From NCBI GenBank assembly GCA_963741945.1, contig CAVUKA010000001.1:1152001-1216000 (forward strand): a stretch of DNA of 64,000 bases, written 5' to 3'. The position numbers were made by a program, and so were the translations under genes. Under the pieces are notes generated by a model that had not been told where the DNA came from, did no database searches, and saw only the letters and a list, made by a program, of their open reading frames with translations. The DNA is from an uncultured Gemmatimonadales bacterium. Lineage in GTDB: Bacteria; Gemmatimonadota; Gemmatimonadetes; Longimicrobiales; RSA9. Within the stretch, counting starts at the first letter, position 1. Each line of letters begins with the position of its first letter. Shown in pieces: positions 10,185 to 19,787 of the stretch.

Positions 10185-10218
10185 GGCCCGTCCCTTTCCG
10201 GGGCGGGCTTTTTTGTTT
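10185..10218 (+). terminator. Attenuator terminator of the his operon
   Basis: Stem GCCCGTCCC / GGGGCGGGC with TTTCC loop, followed by TTTTTTGTTT; 5' arm can alternatively pair with 10118-10134. Confidence 0.88.
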
Positions 10219-10322
10219 GCACCCACCCCGGCCCAGGCGACGATCGTCGCGCCCCGCGCACCCCGGCACCGCACGATGCGGGCGGCCGGGCAAGCACACC
10301 AGGCAAGCGCCGGAGAAGCATT

Positions 10323-11240
10323 GTGGCCACGCAGAGGGGGATCGAGGAGAGGGAGCGGGCGGCGTCCAGCCGTCTGCGCATCGCGCTGCCCAACAAGGGG
10401 CGGCTGGCGCGGGAGGCGCTGGAGCTGCTGGAGCGGGCTGGGCTGGAGCCCGCCATGGTCTCGGAGCGGGCGCTGCGGGCGGATCTGGGGGAGGATTTCA
10501 CCGCCATTTTCGTCCGGGCGCGTGACATCCCTGAGTTCGTGGCGGACGGCGCGGCGGACGTGGGGATCACGGGAAGCGACCTGGTGGCCGAGTCCGGGCG
10601 GGAGATCCGGACGCTCCTCCCCCTGGGCTTCGGCCGCTGCCGCCTGGTGGTGGCGGGCCGCGACGCGGACGGTGAGTGGGACACCGTGGATGCGGTCCCC
10701 GAGGGCGCGCGCGTCGCCACGTCCTTCCCCCGGACCACGGAGCGCTGGTTCGCGGAGCGGGGTCGACGCGTGGAGATCGTCCCCATCACCGGCGCCGCCG
10801 AGGTGGCGCCACACGTGGGCGTGGCGGAAGTCATCGCCGACCTGGTGAGCACGGGCTCCACGCTGAAAGTGAATGGGCTGCGCGAGCTGGCGACGGTGGC
10901 GGAAGTGGAAGCCGTCCTCGTCGCCCGGCCCGCGGATGCGGCGGACGCGGACTGGCGCCGCACGCGGGTGCGGGAGCTGGTGGCCGCGCTGGAGTCCGTG
11001 CTCCGCGCCGATGGCAAGCGGTACCTCATGGCGAACGTCCCCCGGAGCGCGCTCCTCCGCCTCCGGGACGTGCTCCCGGGGCTCAACGGGCCCACCATCG
11101 TGGACATCCTGAACGCCGGCGAGCACGTGGCCGCCCACGCCGTGGTGGACCGCGCGGAAGTCTACCGCACCATCGCCGCGCTGAAGGAGCTGGGCGCGGA
11201 GGGGATCCTGGTCACCCGCATCGAGAGGCTGATGCCATGA
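10323..11240 (+). CDS. hisG: ATP phosphoribosyltransferase, long form
   Basis: IALPNKGRL and DLVSTGSTLKVNGL, plus C-terminal regulatory domain; start GTG 10323 inferred. Confidence 0.93.
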   Translation: MATQRGIEERERAASSRLRIALPNKGRLAREALELLERAGLEPAMVSERALRADLGEDFTAIFVRARDIPEFVADGAADVGITGSDLVAESGREIRTLLPLGFGRCRLVVAGRDADGEWDTVDAVPEGARVATSFPRTTERWFAERGRRVEIVPITGAAEVAPHVGVAEVIADLVSTGSTLKVNGLRELATVAEVEAVLVARPADAADADWRRTRVRELVAALESVLRADGKRYLMANVPRSALLRLRDVLPGLNGPTIVDILNAGEHVAAHAVVDRAEVYRTIAALKELGAEGILVTRIERLMP

Positions 11241-13714
11241 TCCCCGTGCGAAGACTCGCCGAACTCGACGCCGCCGCCCTCGGCCGTCTCCTGGTGCGCG
11301 GGCGCGCCGGCGACCCCGACGTGGCCCGCTCCGTAGCCGCCGACATCGCCAATGTCCGCGCCCGCCGCGACGCCGCGCTGATCGACCTCGTCCGCCGCTA
11401 CGACGGTGTGTCGCTGGACGCCATCGAAGTCCCCAGGCCGGCCCGGGACGCCGCCCTCGCCGCCCTGGACCCCGCCGTGCGGCGGGCCCTCGAGGAGGCG
11501 GCCGCGGCCATCCGGCGCTTCCACGCCGCCCAGCGCCCCGCGCCCCTGGTCTTCGACGCCGCGCCCGGCCTCACGCTCGGACGCCGCCCGGATCCGCTCC
11601 GGCGCGTGGGGGTGTATGCTCCCGGCGGGCGGGCGGCCTACCCGAGCAGCGTCCTCATGGGCGTCGTCCCGGCCAGGGTGGCGGGGGTGGAGGAGGTGGT
11701 GGTGTGCTCGCCACCCGGCCCGGACGGAACGCCGTCGCCGCTGGTGCTGGCGGCGTGCGCGGTGGCGGGCGCCGATCGCCTGTTCGCGCTGGGCGGCGCC
11801 GGCGCCGTAGCGGCCATGGCGCTGGGCACGGAGACCGTGCCGCGGGTGGACCGGATCGTCGGGCCCGGGAACGCCTACGTCACGGAAGCGAAGCGCCAGC
11901 TCACGGGCGACGTGGGAACGGACGCCCCCGCCGGCCCATCGGAGCTGCTGGTGGTGGCGGACGGGGACGCGGAGCCGGTCACCGTGGCGCTGGAGCTGTT
12001 GGCCCAGGCCGAGCACGACCCCGACGCCGCGGCAGTCCTGGTGAGCACGGACGCGGCGCTCGCGGAGGAAGTGGCCGCGGAGCTGGAACGGCGGGCCCCG
12101 GCCGAGCCCCGGAGCGCCATCGTCGCCGCGTCGCTGGCCACCGCCGGCGCGCTGCTGGTGGCGGACGACCTGGACGCCGCCCTGGCCTTCGCCGAGCGCT
12201 ACGCGCCCGAGCACCTCCTGCTCCTGGTGCGCTCGCCCCGCGACGCGCTGGACCGCGTTCGCGCCGCCGGAACCGTGTTCCTGGGGCCCACCACCTCCGT
12301 CGCGTTCGGCGACTACGCCACCGGCGCGAACCACGTCCTCCCCACCGGCGGGCTGGCCCGGGCATGGTCCGGGCTGTCCCTGGACGACTACTTCCGCTGG
12401 ACCACGTGGCAGGAAGCGGCGCCCGCCGCCGCGGCGGAGCTGGCCGGCATCGTAGCGCCCCTCGCCGACGCCGAAGGCCTTCCCGCCCACGCGGCCGCCG
12501 CGCGACGGGCCGGAGGCGCTGGGAATATTGGTCCCCGTGCGGGCGCCGGCGTGACGCCGAGGCCCCGGGCGGCGTACCGGGACCTGGCGCCGTACGATCC
12601 GGCCCGGCCGCGGCTCCCCCTCGACCTCAGCGCGAACACCAGCCTCTGGGGCCCGTGCCCCGCGGCCGTGGAAGCGCTCCATGCCGCCGCGGTGGACGCC
12701 TATCCGACGCCGTACGCGGACGCGTTGAAGACCGCGCTGGCGGAGACGTGGGACGTGGACGCATCCCAGGTGACCACCGGAAGCGGCTCGGACGACGTGC
12801 TCGACTCCGCGGTCCGGGCGTTCTGCGACCCGGGAGCGGTGGTGGCGTTCCCGTGGCCCACGTTCGGAATGGCGCCGGAGTTCGCGCGCATGAACGCGGC
12901 GGCGCCGCTGCCGGTGCCGCTGGGGCCCGCCGGAGAGCTGGACGGCGACGGCGAGGCGGCGCTGGCGTGCGCCGACGTCGTCTACCTCTGCCGGCCGAAC
13001 AACCCCACCGGGCTCATGCTGCCGCGGGAGCGCGTGATGGCCCTGCTGGAGCGGGCGCGGGGCTTGGTGGTGGTGGACGAGGCGTACGGCGAGTTCGCGG
13101 GCGAGACCCTCCTCCCCGCCGTCCTCGCCTCTGGCCGCGGGATCGTGCTCCGGACGCTTTCCAAGGCGTATGGCCTCGCCGGGCTTCGCGTGGGCTACGC
13201 CCTCGGCCCGGCACCGCTGATCCGGGCGGTGGAGCTCTCCCGCGGGCCGTACAAGGTGGGCGCTGCCGCCGAGCGCGCCGCCGTGGCCGCCGTGCGGGAG
13301 GGGCGGCCGTGGGTGGCCGACGTGGTGCGGCAGGCGACGACGGCCCGGGGCCACCTCGTCGCCGGGCTCCGCGCCCGCGGGCTCACCGCCATCGAGGGCC
13401 ACGGCAACTTCGTGCTGTTCGGACCGGGCGGCGGGGGTGACCGTGCGGAAAGGGCGGACGCTCCGGCGGGCGAGGGTGCGGACGACGGCCCCGGCGGCCG
13501 GGCGCGAGGCTGGGCTGTGGCGGTGAAGGCGGGTCTCGCCGCCCGCGGCGTGGGCGTGCGGGCGTTCCCCGACCTCCCGGGCTTCGGCGACATGGTGCGC
13601 GTCACGGTCGGCCCACCGGCTGCCATGGAGCGGTTCCTGGACGCCCTCGACGGCTCCCGCGCTCTCGCCGGCCGCGATGGCGCGGGGCCGGCACTGGCGG
13701 AGGCGTGGTCGTGA
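11237..13714 (+). CDS. hisD: Fused histidinol dehydrogenase (HisD) / histidinol-phosphate aminotransferase (HisC)
   Basis: HisD motifs (GVYAPGG..YPSSVLM, GPGNAYV, AGPSE, QAEHD, PEHL, NHVLPT), then in frame HisC motifs (GSDD, PNNPTG, VDEAY, RTLSKAYGLAGLRVGY). Confidence 0.88.
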   Translation: MIPVRRLAELDAAALGRLLVRGRAGDPDVARSVAADIANVRARRDAALIDLVRRYDGVSLDAIEVPRPARDAALAALDPAVRRALEEAAAAIRRFHAAQRPAPLVFDAAPGLTLGRRPDPLRRVGVYAPGGRAAYPSSVLMGVVPARVAGVEEVVVCSPPGPDGTPSPLVLAACAVAGADRLFALGGAGAVAAMALGTETVPRVDRIVGPGNAYVTEAKRQLTGDVGTDAPAGPSELLVVADGDAEPVTVALELLAQAEHDPDAAAVLVSTDAALAEEVAAELERRAPAEPRSAIVAASLATAGALLVADDLDAALAFAERYAPEHLLLLVRSPRDALDRVRAAGTVFLGPTTSVAFGDYATGANHVLPTGGLARAWSGLSLDDYFRWTTWQEAAPAAAAELAGIVAPLADAEGLPAHAAAARRAGGAGNIGPRAGAGVTPRPRAAYRDLAPYDPARPRLPLDLSANTSLWGPCPAAVEALHAAAVDAYPTPYADALKTALAETWDVDASQVTTGSGSDDVLDSAVRAFCDPGAVVAFPWPTFGMAPEFARMNAAAPLPVPLGPAGELDGDGEAALACADVVYLCRPNNPTGLMLPRERVMALLERARGLVVVDEAYGEFAGETLLPAVLASGRGIVLRTLSKAYGLAGLRVGYALGPAPLIRAVELSRGPYKVGAAAERAAVAAVREGRPWVADVVRQATTARGHLVAGLRARGLTAIEGHGNFVLFGPGGGGDRAERADAPAGEGADDGPGGRARGWAVAVKAGLAARGVGVRAFPDLPGFGDMVRVTVGPPAAMERFLDALDGSRALAGRDGAGPALAEAWS

Positions 13715-14301
13715 CGGTCCTCGTGTTCGACTACGGCACCGGGAACCTCCACTCGCTGGTGAAGGCACTGGAGCGGTGCGGCGCCCGCCCGCGGATCGAC
13801 ACCCGGCCGGACGGAGAAGACGCTCTGGTGCTCCCCGGCGTCGGGGCATTCGGCGCGGCGGCCGAGCGGCTCCGGCCCCACGCGGCGGCGGTGCGCGGGG
13901 CCGTGTCGCAGGGCATGCCGGTGCTGGGCATCTGCCTGGGCATGCAGCTGCTCCTGGACGCCAGCGACGAAGGGCCCGGCGACGGCCTCGGCCTCATCCC
14001 CGGCGCCGTGCGTCGGCTGCGCGCCCGGCGCACGCCCCACATGGGCTGGAACGTGGTCTCGCCCGCGGGCGGGGACGCCCTGTTCCGCAGCGTGGAAGGC
14101 GAGCGGTTCTACTTCGCGCACAGCTACGCCGCCGACCCCGCCGACCCCGCCCACGTGGTGGCGTGGACGGAGCACGAGGGGGTCCCGGTTCCCGCGGCCG
14201 TTCGCCGAGGCCCCGTGCTGGGCACGCAGTTCCACCCGGAGAAGAGCGGCCTCGCCGGGCTCGCCCTCCTCCGCAACTTCCTGGAAGGGATCGCGCCATG
14301 A
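13711..14301 (+). CDS. hisH: Imidazole glycerol phosphate synthase glutaminase subunit
   Basis: DYGTGNLHS, PGVG, GICLGMQ, PHMGWN and QFHPEKS motifs. Confidence 0.95.
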   Translation: MTVLVFDYGTGNLHSLVKALERCGARPRIDTRPDGEDALVLPGVGAFGAAAERLRPHAAAVRGAVSQGMPVLGICLGMQLLLDASDEGPGDGLGLIPGAVRRLRARRTPHMGWNVVSPAGGDALFRSVEGERFYFAHSYAADPADPAHVVAWTEHEGVPVPAAVRRGPVLGTQFHPEKSGLAGLALLRNFLEGIAP

Positions 14302-15041
14302 GGGTGTTCGCGGCCGTGGACCTCCGGGGCGGCGATGCCGTGCAGCTGGTGGGCGGTGAGCCCGGGAGCGAGCGGGTGCGGGAGCGCGACCCCGCGGCCG
14401 TCGCCCGGCGCTGGGTCGAGGCGGGCTTCCGCCACCTCCACGTGGTGGACCTGGACGCCGCGCTCGGTACCGGCAAGAACCGCGGCGCCATCATGTCCAT
14501 CGCCCGGAGCGCGGCCGCGTCCCGGGCCGGTGGAGCCGCGCCCGTGATGCTCCAGGCGGGCGGCGGCGTCCGGAGCCGCACGGCGGTGGATGCGCTCCTG
14601 GACCTGGGCGCGGACCGCGTGATCGTCGGGACGCGGGCTGTGGAGGACCGGGCGTGGCTCGAAGCCGTGGCCACGGCGCGGCCGGGGCGGCTGGTGGTTG
14701 CCGCGGACGTGCGCGACGGGCGGGTGGTCACCCACGGCTGGCGGCGCACTACGGAGCTGGATGCCGCCGGCCTCCTGGCCGCCCTGGCGCCCCTGCCGCT
14801 CGCCGCCGCGCTGATCACGGACGTGGGACGGGAAGGACGGGAGGGCGGCGCCGACGCCCCGTTGTTCCGCACACTCGTGGCCGCTTCGCCCCACCCGGTG
14901 CTCGCCGCCGGCGGTGTGGCCGGCCCCGACGACCTGGATGCCCTGGCCCGCGCCGGCGTCGCCGGCGTGGTGGTGGGCATGGCACTGTACACGGGCCGGC
15001 TCCGCCCGGCCGACGCACTGCGGTACGAGGAGGACGGATGA
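14298..15041 (+). CDS. hisA: ProFAR isomerase
   Basis: AVDLRGG, HVVDLDAA and QAGGGVR motifs; ATGA coupling. Confidence 0.92.
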   Translation: MRVFAAVDLRGGDAVQLVGGEPGSERVRERDPAAVARRWVEAGFRHLHVVDLDAALGTGKNRGAIMSIARSAAASRAGGAAPVMLQAGGGVRSRTAVDALLDLGADRVIVGTRAVEDRAWLEAVATARPGRLVVAADVRDGRVVTHGWRRTTELDAAGLLAALAPLPLAAALITDVGREGREGGADAPLFRTLVAASPHPVLAAGGVAGPDDLDALARAGVAGVVVGMALYTGRLRPADALRYEEDG

Positions 15042-15643
15042 GCGTGCTGACGCGGGAGACGCAGGAGACGACGGTGCGGGTGACGCTGCTGGGCGCCGCC
15101 GGTGCCGGGGACGGCTGCGGGGCCACGGCCGGCGCGTCGCCTCCGCGGGTGGCCACGGGCGAAGCGTTCCTGGACCACATGCTGACCACACTGGCGCGCT
15201 ACGCCGGGCTCGACCTGGCCGTGGACGCCACGGGCGACCTGCGGCACCACCTGGTGGAGGACGTGGCCATCACGCTCGGCGCCGTGCTGGCCCGGGACGT
15301 CCCGGCCGCGTGCGCCCGCTTCGGCCACGCCACCATCCCCATGGACGAAGCGCTGGTCCAGGTGGCGCTGGACGCGGGCGGGCGCGCCCACTTCGAGGGG
15401 CGGCTGCCGAGCCGCCTCTACGAGCACTTCCTCCGCTCGCTGGCCATGAACGCCGGCTGGACACTGCACGTGCGCGTTCTCCGGGGCCGCGACCGGCACC
15501 ACGCGGTCGAGGCCACGTTCAAGGCGCTGGGCCTCGCGCTCCGCCAGGCGCTCCGTCAGCCGCTCGCCGGACAGGGCGACGCCGTCTTCAGCACGAAGGG
15601 CGCGGTGCGGATGGCGTGGGAGGAGGCCGGCGATGCTGGCTAA
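15038..15643 (+). CDS. hisB: Imidazoleglycerol-phosphate dehydratase
   Basis: [36 protein letters not shown] and STKG motifs. Confidence 0.95.
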   Translation: MSVLTRETQETTVRVTLLGAAGAGDGCGATAGASPPRVATGEAFLDHMLTTLARYAGLDLAVDATGDLRHHLVEDVAITLGAVLARDVPAACARFGHATIPMDEALVQVALDAGGRAHFEGRLPSRLYEHFLRSLAMNAGWTLHVRVLRGRDRHHAVEATFKALGLALRQALRQPLAGQGDAVFSTKGAVRMAWEEAGDAG

Positions 15644-16409
15644 GCGCGTCGTCGTCTGCCTGGACGTGGACGCGGGACGCGTGGTGAAGGGCGTCCGCTT
15701 CCGCGACCTCCGCGACGTGGGCGAGCCCGCGGCCCTCGCTGCCCGCTACGAGGCCGCCGGCGCGGACGAGCTCGTGTTCCTCGACATCACCGCATCGGCC
15801 GAGGATCGCGAGACCACCCTCGACAGCGTCCGACGCACCGCCGAGCGCCTCTTCGTCCCCCTCACCGTGGGCGGCGGCATACGCTCCGCCGACGACGCGG
15901 GCCGCGCGCTCCGGGCCGGGGCGGACAAGGTGGCCGTCAACACCGCCGCGGTGCTCCGCCCGTGGCTCATGGCCGAGTGCGCCGATCGATTCGGCGCCCA
16001 GTGCGTGGTCGCCTCCATCGACGCCATTCCCCACGACGAGGCGCCGTCCGGCTACCGCGTCCGCATCCGGGGCGGCCGCACGCCCGTGGCGCTGGACGCG
16101 GTGGGCTGGGCCCGCCGTTGCGCCGAGCTGGGCGCGGGCGAGATCCTTCTCACGGCCATCCACCGCGACGGCGAGCGCGCCGGCTTCGACGGCGAGCTCA
16201 CCCGCGCCGTGGCAGAGGCCGTGCCGGTGCCGGTCATCGCCAGCGGCGGCGCCGGTCGGCCGTCGCACTTCGTGGACGTGCTCACCACCGCGGGCGCCGA
16301 CGCCGCACTGGCGGCCGGCATCTTCCACGACGGCGTGGTCACGGTGGGCCAGGTCAAGGACGCGCTGGCCGCGGCCGGCGTGCCCGTGCGCAACGGGAGG
16401 CGAGCATGA
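15633..16409 (+). CDS. hisF: Imidazole glycerol phosphate synthase cyclase subunit
   Basis: [25 protein letters not shown] and PVIASGGAG motifs. Confidence 0.96.
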   Translation: MLAKRVVVCLDVDAGRVVKGVRFRDLRDVGEPAALAARYEAAGADELVFLDITASAEDRETTLDSVRRTAERLFVPLTVGGGIRSADDAGRALRAGADKVAVNTAAVLRPWLMAECADRFGAQCVVASIDAIPHDEAPSGYRVRIRGGRTPVALDAVGWARRCAELGAGEILLTAIHRDGERAGFDGELTRAVAEAVPVPVIASGGAGRPSHFVDVLTTAGADAALAAGIFHDGVVTVGQVKDALAAAGVPVRNGRRA

Positions 16410-17233
16410 GCGAGTGGAGGGCGGAGCTGGAAGCGGCCGTGGAGGCGGCGGAGGCCGCGGGTCGCCTGGTGATGGAATGGTACGGGCGGGACCCCGAAGT
16501 GGAGGCCAAGGCCGATGGCTCCCCCGTCACCGTGGCCGACCGCGAGGCCGAGCGGGCCATCCGCGAGATGCTCCTGCGCCGCTTCCCCGGCGACGGCGTG
16601 CTCGGCGAGGAGCACGGGGAAGCCCCCGGCACCGCCGGCCGACGATGGATCATCGACCCCATCGACGGGACCCGCTCCTTCGTCCACGGCGTCCCGCTCT
16701 TCGGCGTCATGGTGGCCTTCGAGGTCGACGGCCGCCCTGTGGTGGGGGTGCTCCACTTCCCCGCCCTGGGCGAAACGGTCGCCGCCGCCCGCGGCCTCGG
16801 CTGCCAGTGGAACGGCCGCCCCGCCCGCGTTTCCGACGTGGACGCCCTCGACCGCGCCCTCGTCCTCACCACGGGCGACGCCCGCACCCTCCGCTCCGAT
16901 CCCGCCCACCGGGCCGACCGCGTGAACCCCGCGGATCCCGCGGACCCAGCGGACCTCGTCGCCGCCCGCGCGGCCGCCATCGAGCGCGTGGGCGCCGCCG
17001 CCGACACGTTCCGCACGTGGGGCGACTGCTACGGCTACGCCCTCGTGGCCACTGGCCGCGCCGAAGCCATGCTCGACCCCGTCCTCAACATCTGGGACAC
17101 CGCGGCAGTGCGCCCCATCATCGAGGAGGCCGGTGGCGTGTTCACCGCCTGGGACGGCAGCCTCTCCCACACCGCAGGCCACGCCGTGGCCACCAATGCC
17201 GCCCTCTCCGCCACCATCCGGAGGATGCTGTGA
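16406..17233 (+). CDS. hisN: Histidinol-phosphatase (inositol monophosphatase family)
   Basis: [27 protein letters not shown] and WD motifs; position in the his operon. Confidence 0.88.
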   Translation: MSEWRAELEAAVEAAEAAGRLVMEWYGRDPEVEAKADGSPVTVADREAERAIREMLLRRFPGDGVLGEEHGEAPGTAGRRWIIDPIDGTRSFVHGVPLFGVMVAFEVDGRPVVGVLHFPALGETVAAARGLGCQWNGRPARVSDVDALDRALVLTTGDARTLRSDPAHRADRVNPADPADPADLVAARAAAIERVGAAADTFRTWGDCYGYALVATGRAEAMLDPVLNIWDTAAVRPIIEEAGGVFTAWDGSLSHTAGHAVATNAALSATIRRML

Positions 17234-17928
17234 GCCCCGCCAGGCCGGGCGGGGCGCGGAGCCGCGGCGAACCGGCCCGAGCGGGGGGCCGGCGGCCGGC
17301 GCTCGACCTCGACGCGCTGGACTTCGCCAAGGGCCTGCTCCCGGTGGTCGCCCAGCACGACCTCACGGGCGACATCCTCATGGTGGGCTACGCCGACCGC
17401 GACGCCCTCGCCCGGACCATCGAATCCGGTCTCCTCACGTTCCGCTCCCGCTCGAGAGGCGCGCTCTGGACGAAGGGCGAGACCAGCGGCAATACCCTGC
17501 GCGTGGTCTCCCTCCACGCCGACTGCGATGGCGACACCATCCTCGCCCGCGTCCGGCCCGCGGGACCCGCCTGCCACACTGGCGCCCGGAGCTGTTTCGA
17601 CGCCCCGGAGCCGCAGGAGCCGCCAGAGCCCGCGACGTCGGCGGCGCCCCGCCCCACGCTTCCCGCCCTCGCGGCCCGGCTCGCTGCGCGCCGGGACGCG
17701 GATCCTGCGCGCAGCTACACGGCGCGGCTCCTGGCGGACCGCAACCTGCGCCTGAAGAAGCTGGGAGAGGAGGCCGTGGAGCTCGCCATGGCGTGCGCCG
17801 ATTCCGACGCCGCCCGCGTGGCCGAGGAGGCGGCGGACGTGGTCTACCACACCCTGGTTGCCGCCCTGGGCGCGGGCGTGGAGCTGGAGGCAGTGCTCGC
17901 CGTGCTGGACGCGCGCCGGTCTGCCTAG
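17230..17928 (+). CDS. hisIE: Bifunctional PR-AMP cyclohydrolase / PR-ATP pyrophosphatase
   Basis: SRSR..LWTKGETSGN, DCDGD and CHTG, then SYT..KKLGEEAVE..EAADVVYH. Confidence 0.93.
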   Translation: MSPARPGGARSRGEPARAGGRRPALDLDALDFAKGLLPVVAQHDLTGDILMVGYADRDALARTIESGLLTFRSRSRGALWTKGETSGNTLRVVSLHADCDGDTILARVRPAGPACHTGARSCFDAPEPQEPPEPATSAAPRPTLPALAARLAARRDADPARSYTARLLADRNLRLKKLGEEAVELAMACADSDAARVAEEAADVVYHTLVAALGAGVELEAVLAVLDARRSA

Positions 17929-17981
17929 AGGGGGTCGCCCCCCGGGTACCGATCGGCGGCGTCCGCCCTTACCTTCCGCGC

Positions 17982-19787
17982 ATGCCCGCGACCGACATCA
18001 CACCGCTGCACGAGGAAGAAGCCCTCGGCAAGGCGTACGACGCCCGCCTCATGCGGCGGCTTCTGGCGTACCTGCGCCCGTATCGGTGGCCGGTGGTGGG
18101 GGGAGTATCGATCCTGCTGGTGATCGCGGCGCTGGAGCTGGCCGGTCCCTACCTCACGAAAGTGGCGCTGGACAGCGCGATTCCGAATGGCGACGTGGGA
18201 CTGCTCGGGGTGCTCGCGCTGGCATACTTCGGAGCGCTCTTCTTCACGATGGTGCTCGGCTACGGTCAGCAGATCCTGACCACGTGGCTCGGCCAGCGGA
18301 TCATGTTCGATCTGCGGGGCGAGCTGTTCGGCCATCTCCAGCACCAGAGCCTGCGCTACTTCGATCGAAACCCCGTGGGCCGGCTCATGACCCGCGTGGT
18401 GAATGACGTCGAAGTGCTGAACGAGCTGTTCAGCTCCGGGATCGTCACGGTGTTCGGCGACATCTTCACGCTCCTCCTCATCGTGGGCGTGATGCTCTGG
18501 ATGGACTGGAAGCTGGCGCTGGTGGCGTTCGCCGTGATGCCGCTGGTGTTCCTCGTCGCCTTCCTGTTCCGGAAGAAGGTACGGGATGCGTACCGCGACA
18601 TCCGGATCCGGCTGGCCCGGATCAACTCCTACCTCCAGGAGCGGATCACGGGCGTGAGCATCGTGCAGCTCTTCGGGCAGGAGCGGAACACGGTCCGCCG
18701 GTTCAGCGACATCAACCGCGACCACCTGGAGGCGCACCTCCGTAGCATCACGTATTACGCGCTGTTCTTTCCGGTCATTGAAGTCCTCACCACCCTCGCC
18801 CTCGCGCTCATCCTGGTCTACGGCGGCAGCCGCCTGGTGGGTGGGACGCTGTCGGTGGGCGTGGTGACGGCGTTCCTCATGTACGCTCGCCGCTTCTTCC
18901 GTCCGATCCAGGACCTGTCGGAGAAGTACAACATGCTCCAGGGGGCCATGGCGTCGTCGGAGCGGATCTTCCGGGTCATGGACACCGAGTCGGAAGTCCG
19001 CGACCCCGCCGAGCCGGCGACGCTGCCGGAGCCCGGCCGCGGGGAGATCGAGTTCCGCAACGTGTGGTTCGCCTACACGCGCACGGAGGACGGCAGCGAC
19101 TGGGACTGGGTGCTGAAGGACGTCTCCTTCCACGTCTCGCCCGGGGAGCGGCTCGCGGTCGTGGGCCACACGGGCGCCGGGAAGAGCACGCTCATCAGCC
19201 TCCTGATGCGCTTCTACGAGCCCCAGCGGGGCGAGATCCTGTTCGATGGCGTGCCGATCCAGGACGTGAGCCAGCAGGCGCTGCGCGAGCGGATCGGGCT
19301 CGTGCTCCAGGACGTGTTCCTCTTCAGCCGGAGCGTGGAGTACAACATCCGTCTCGGCCGGGAGGACATCGATGACGAGCGCGTGCGGCAGGCCGCGGCA
19401 CGGGTGGGCGCGGACACGCACATCGAGCGCCTCCCCGCCCGCTACGACGAGGAGCTCGGGGAGCGCGGCGCAAGCCTGAGCGTGGGGCAGCGCCAGCTCC
19501 TTTCGTTCGCCCGCGCCCTCGCCTTCGACCCGCTCGTGCTGATCCTCGATGAAGCCACCAGCTCGGTCGACTCCGAGCTCGAGGCGCAGATCCAGGAAGC
19601 GCTCGAGCTGCTCCTGCAGGGCCGCACATCCCTCGTCATCGCCCACCGCCTCTCCACGGTGCAGAACGCCGACCGGATCCTGGTTTTCCACCACGGCGAC
19701 CTGCGCGAGACCGGCACCCACGCCGAGCTCCTCGCCCGCGGCGGCCTCTACGCACGCCTCCACGAGCTCCAGTTCGCGAACGTCTGA
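17982..19787 (+). CDS. ABC exporter, fused permease/ATPase (MsbA/MdlB-like)
   Basis: TM region, Walker A GHTGAGKS, LSVGQRQ, LILDEATS and IAHRLST. Confidence 0.93.
   Translation: MPATDITPLHEEEALGKAYDARLMRRLLAYLRPYRWPVVGGVSILLVIAALELAGPYLTKVALDSAIPNGDVGLLGVLALAYFGALFFTMVLGYGQQILTTWLGQRIMFDLRGELFGHLQHQSLRYFDRNPVGRLMTRVVNDVEVLNELFSSGIVTVFGDIFTLLLIVGVMLWMDWKLALVAFAVMPLVFLVAFLFRKKVRDAYRDIRIRLARINSYLQERITGVSIVQLFGQERNTVRRFSDINRDHLEAHLRSITYYALFFPVIEVLTTLALALILVYGGSRLVGGTLSVGVVTAFLMYARRFFRPIQDLSEKYNMLQGAMASSERIFRVMDTESEVRDPAEPATLPEPGRGEIEFRNVWFAYTRTEDGSDWDWVLKDVSFHVSPGERLAVVGHTGAGKSTLISLLMRFYEPQRGEILFDGVPIQDVSQQALRERIGLVLQDVFLFSRSVEYNIRLGREDIDDERVRQAAARVGADTHIERLPARYDEELGERGASLSVGQRQLLSFARALAFDPLVLILDEATSSVDSELEAQIQEALELLLQGRTSLVIAHRLSTVQNADRILVFHHGDLRETGTHAELLARGGLYARLHELQFANV

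Noticed and set aside
11162-13849. Long antisense ORFs (also 801-2846, 17925-20066, 34862-37492, 40017-42056)
   Set aside because: Stop-poor opposite-strand frames are expected at this GC content; the real genes with family motifs lie on the other strand
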